DNA of 58,715 bases from NCBI GenBank assembly GCA_002483745.1, contig DLIM01000006.1, positions 18,193 to 76,907 on the forward strand. The letters are read 5' to 3'. Every line of letters starts with the position of its first letter. Position 1 is the stretch's first letter. Both the position numbers and the translations under genes were made by a program. The notes beneath the pieces were generated by a model. That model saw nothing but the letters and a program-made list of their open reading frames with translations, was not told the origin of the DNA and searched no databases. The stretch comes from Bacillales bacterium UBA7642. Lineage in GTDB: Bacteria; Bacillota_I; Bacilli_A; RFN20; CAG-288. Below are positions 55,630 through 58,715 of the stretch, piece after piece.

Positions 55630-58017
55630 ATGGCTAAAAGGCAAGTTAATGACTGTGAAGAAAAAGGACCTATTACTGATTCTCTTTTAAGTAAGATGAA
55701 TGAGTATTGGATGGCTGCTAACTATTTAGCTGCCTGTCAGCTCTATCTGCTTGATGATCCCCTTCTTGATCGTCCTTTGACGATGAAGGATATTAAGAAA
55801 AAGATTGTCGGACATTGGGGAACCGTGCCTGGTCAGAATTTTGTTTATGTCCACTGCAACCGTGTCATTAAAAGATATGATCTGGATATGATTCTTCTTT
55901 CTGGGCCGGGACATGGCGGAAACTTCTTTATTGCTAACGATTATCTTGAAGGGACTTATTCGGAAATTTATCCGAATATTACTCAGGATAAAGCTGGTCT
56001 ACAAAAACTATTTAAGCAGTTCTCTTTCCCAGGTGGCGTTCCTTCCCATTGTGCTCCTGAGACTCCAGGCAGTATTAATGAAGGCGGAGAATTAGGATAT
56101 TCAATCGCTCATGCTTTTGGAGCGGTGTTTGATAATCCTGATTTGATTGCTACTGTTATTGTCGGTGATGGTGAGATGGAGACTGGACCTTTAGCCACTT
56201 CTTGGCAGTCCAATAAGTTCCTTAATCCTATTCACGACGGTGCCGTTTTACCTATTATCAATTTAAATGGCTATAAGATTGCTAATCCGACTGTCTTCAG
56301 CCGTATTTCCCACAAGGAATTACAGGAATACTTAGAAGGTTCAGGCTGGGAACCTATCTTTGTTGAAGGCAATGATCCTATGAAGATGCATGAATTGATG
56401 GCTGAGGCTATGGATACTTGCATTGAAAAAATCAAAGCTATCCAAAAACATGCTCGTCTTAAGAATGACCCCACTAGACCGATTTGGCCGATGATTGTCC
56501 TTCGTTCTCCTAAAGGCTGGACTGGACCTAAGGTTGTTGATGGCTTACCGGTTGAGAATTCCTTTAGGGCTCATCAGGTCCCAATCATGATTGACTCTCC
56601 TGAACACTTGAAGGAGCTTTCTACTTGGCTACGTTCTTATCATCCTGAAAGATTATTTGATAAGGGAGGTCATTTCCGTCCTGACTTAAAGGAATTGGCT
56701 CCTAAAGGCAATCAGCGTATTGGTTCTAATCCTCATGCTAATGGCGGATTGCTCTTAAAAGATTTGAAGATGCCTGATTTTAGAAAATATGCTTTCCCAG
56801 TAAATAAACATGGTTCTACTGATGCTCAGGATATGACTGAACTAGGAAAGTTTATCCGTGATGTCATTAAGAAGAATGATGACACTAAGAACTTCCGCAT
56901 CTTTGGACCGGATGAAACTCTATCTAATAGATTAAATGCTGTTTTCGAGGCTACAAACAGGCAGTGGGATAATGCTACTCTTCCGACTGATGAATTCCTA
57001 GCTTCCGATGGCAGAGTCATCGATAGCATGCTCTCTGAGCATTGCTGTGAAGGCTGGCTTGAAGGCTACTTATTGACTGGAAGACATGGCTTCTTCTGCT
57101 CTTATGAGGCTTTTATCAGGATTGTTGATAGCATGGTAGCTCAGCATGCAAAATGGCTGAAGGTTTCTAATCAGTTGCCTTGGAGACAGAAGATTTCTTC
57201 TCTTAACTTGTTATTGGCATCAACTGTCTGGCAACAGGATCACAATGGCTTTACCCATCAGGATCCAGGCTTTATGGATCATATAGCTAACAAGAAAGCC
57301 GATGTCGTTAGAATCTACTTACCTCCGGATGCAAACTGCTTATTGTCCTGTATGGATCACTGCTTAAGAAGCCGTAACTATGTCAACGTCATCATTGCTT
57401 CTAAACATCCTCGCCCTCAGTGGCTCAATATGGAAGAAGCAGTCAAACACTGCACTCAGGGCATTGGTATCTGGGAGTGGGCTAGTAATGACCAAGGTCA
57501 GGAACCGGATGTCGTAATGGCTTGTGCTGGTGAGACTCCTACTCTTGAGACTTTAGCAGCTGTTTCTATTCTTAATAAGGAACTTCCTGAGATTAAGATC
57601 AGAGTAATCAATGTCGTTGATCTCTTTAAACTTCAGCCACAGAGCGAGCATCCGCATGGACTTTCTGATTCCGAATACGACATGCTCTTTACCAAAGACA
57701 AGCCCATCATCTTCAACTTCCATGGCTATCCGACTTTGATTCATGAGCTTACCTATAGGAGACATAATCGCAACCTCCATGTCAGGGGTTATAAGGAAGA
57801 AGGAACCATCACCACTCCTTTTGATATGAGAGTCCAGAACGACATCGATAGGTTCCATTTGGTCCAGGATGTCTTATTGAGACTTCCTCAGTTAGGAAAC
57901 AAAGGTGCTTACCTCTATCAGAAGATGTCAGACAAACTGGTCGAGCATAAGCAGTACATCCACGAGTATGGTGTTGATATGCCTGAAATCGCCGACTGGA
58001 GATGGAATAAGAAGTAG
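55630..58017 (+). CDS. xfp: Xylulose-5-phosphate/fructose-6-phosphate phosphoketolase
   Basis: 795 aa. [17 protein letters not shown] (ThDP binding) and [10 protein letters not shown] motifs are typical of Xfp. An AAAGGAG RBS lies upstream. Confidence 0.92.
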   Translation: MAKRQVNDCEEKGPITDSLLSKMNEYWMAANYLAACQLYLLDDPLLDRPLTMKDIKKKIVGHWGTVPGQNFVYVHCNRVIKRYDLDMILLSGPGHGGNFFIANDYLEGTYSEIYPNITQDKAGLQKLFKQFSFPGGVPSHCAPETPGSINEGGELGYSIAHAFGAVFDNPDLIATVIVGDGEMETGPLATSWQSNKFLNPIHDGAVLPIINLNGYKIANPTVFSRISHKELQEYLEGSGWEPIFVEGNDPMKMHELMAEAMDTCIEKIKAIQKHARLKNDPTRPIWPMIVLRSPKGWTGPKVVDGLPVENSFRAHQVPIMIDSPEHLKELSTWLRSYHPERLFDKGGHFRPDLKELAPKGNQRIGSNPHANGGLLLKDLKMPDFRKYAFPVNKHGSTDAQDMTELGKFIRDVIKKNDDTKNFRIFGPDETLSNRLNAVFEATNRQWDNATLPTDEFLASDGRVIDSMLSEHCCEGWLEGYLLTGRHGFFCSYEAFIRIVDSMVAQHAKWLKVSNQLPWRQKISSLNLLLASTVWQQDHNGFTHQDPGFMDHIANKKADVVRIYLPPDANCLLSCMDHCLRSRNYVNVIIASKHPRPQWLNMEEAVKHCTQGIGIWEWASNDQGQEPDVVMACAGETPTLETLAAVSILNKELPEIKIRVINVVDLFKLQPQSEHPHGLSDSEYDMLFTKDKPIIFNFHGYPTLIHELTYRRHNRNLHVRGYKEEGTITTPFDMRVQNDIDRFHLVQDVLLRLPQLGNKGAYLYQKMSDKLVEHKQYIHEYGVDMPEIADWRWNKK

Positions 58018-58043
58018 AAAGCCAAGTTGTCTTATTGTTTTTT

Positions 58044-58076
58044 GGCACTTGCCACTTAAAGGCAGGTGCCTTTTTA
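58044..58076 (+). terminator. Rho-independent terminator after xfp
   Basis: Stem ggcacttgcc/ggcaggtgcc (one G-U pair) with a 7-nt loop, followed by TTTTT. Confidence 0.75.
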
Positions 58077-58332
58077 TTGATAGAAGTGTAAATGACTAAA
58101 ACAGCGAAGTGTCTATCAATAGAAAATTAATTACAAATAAATCACGGATGTAAAGCAATGGTAAAAGTAACAAATTAGCAAAAAAAGTAACAACTATATT
58201 AAAAAGCTTTTCTTCGTGTTCATCGGCTTAAATGATTAATTAGCATAAAATTCCCCGCTATAATAGTATCATTTTTAAGAAATGCTGTTTTTCATTAAAG
58301 CTTTGCAAAATATTTAAAAAGGAACAAATGTT

Positions 58333-58715
58333 ATGCACAAAAAGAGATTTTTAGGTCTTATTGCAATCATCGGTATGTCAGCGGGGCTTCTTTTCTCCTG
58401 CTCCAATCCGGCTTCCAGCTCCCAATCAGGCGATACTGATAAAGTCGACACTGTCTATGAGGTCTACCAGCTTGCTAAGGAGGCTGGCTACACCGGCTCC
58501 TACGAGGATTGGATTGCAGCCTTGAAGGGAGACACGGGTGACACCGGCCTTTCCTTCTTGTCAGGCACCGGTGCCCCTGCCGCCACTTTAGGGAACAGCG
58601 GAGACACTTATTTGGATACCTCGGGCTATGATCTGTATCTCGGGAACCGATGGCTTGGTCAAGGTCGGCAACATCAAGGGAGCAAACGGTATAGCTGGCA
58701 CTAACGGAACCAACG
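58333..58715 (+). CDS. Putative lipoprotein with collagen-like/tail-fibre-like Gly-X-X repeats. It runs off the right edge and the reading frame changes near 58642.
   Basis: Signal MHKKRFLGLIAIIGMSAGLLFSC, then KGDTGDTG and GDTYLDTSGYDLYL. The track ORF ends at 58704, but the +1 frame reads GTDGLVKVGNIKGANGIAGTNGTN to the window end. Confidence 0.55.

Noticed and set aside
58072-58200. 8-bp inverted repeat ttgataga...tctatcaa and duplicated AAAGTAACAA motif between xfp and the collagen-like lipoprotein gene.
   Set aside because: These are short, AT-rich matches within a 250-bp AT-rich spacer. They are not distinguishable from chance without comparative data.
1-58715. A search for tRNA, rRNA, CRISPR arrays, IS elements or transposases, integrases, and T-box or riboswitch leaders ahead of asnS and gltX.
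   Set aside because: The intergenic spaces ahead of asnS (32 nt) and gltX (20 nt) are too short for leaders. I saw no cloverleaf-like or repeat-spacer structures in the longer spacers, and no ORF has transposase or recombinase motifs.

Overview
This is an AT-rich chromosomal segment that uses the standard genetic code. TGA ends several conserved genes, and no conserved gene is split by an in-frame TGA. Gene content and local synteny are Firmicutes-like: tsaE-tsaB-rimI-tsaD, ftsK followed by a YmfF/YmfH-like M16 pair, rsmB-rlmN-stp-prkC-rsgA-rpe with convergent rpmB, and glgCDA. Several traits point to a wall-less Acholeplasma- or Erysipelotrichia-type lineage, which is an inference: a Hanks kinase without TM or PASTA segments, an alMGS-like glucolipid glycosyltransferase, a fatty-acid scavenging module and no peptidoglycan genes in the window. 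Most of the window is housekeeping. It covers translation (asnS, gltX, the t6A genes, rpmF, rpmB, rlmN, rsgA), division (ftsK), the Leloir pathway (galE, galK, galT), glycogen metabolism (glgCDA, a cytoplasmic pullulanase) and fermentation (adhE, phosphoketolase). The one clearly accessory element is a self-contained three-gene SMC-type operon at 31.1-36.9 kb. It resembles Wadjet JetABC / MksBEF, but it ends in a terminator with no JetD/MksG nuclease gene, and this is the main candidate for unusual biology. Other points worth a second look: (1) an RsmB-position protein that has lost both catalytic cysteines and the SAM loop; (2) ribosomal protein L28 with a repetitive Lys/Glu/Val tail; (3) a beta-helix lipoprotein gene with two in-frame stop codons; (4) a collagen-like lipoprotein gene with a 1-nt frame change; (5) a perfect cre box plus an 11-bp palindrome ahead of glgC; (6) a 19-bp-period direct repeat ahead of adhE. 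I found no rRNA, tRNA, CRISPR array, IS element or integrase.
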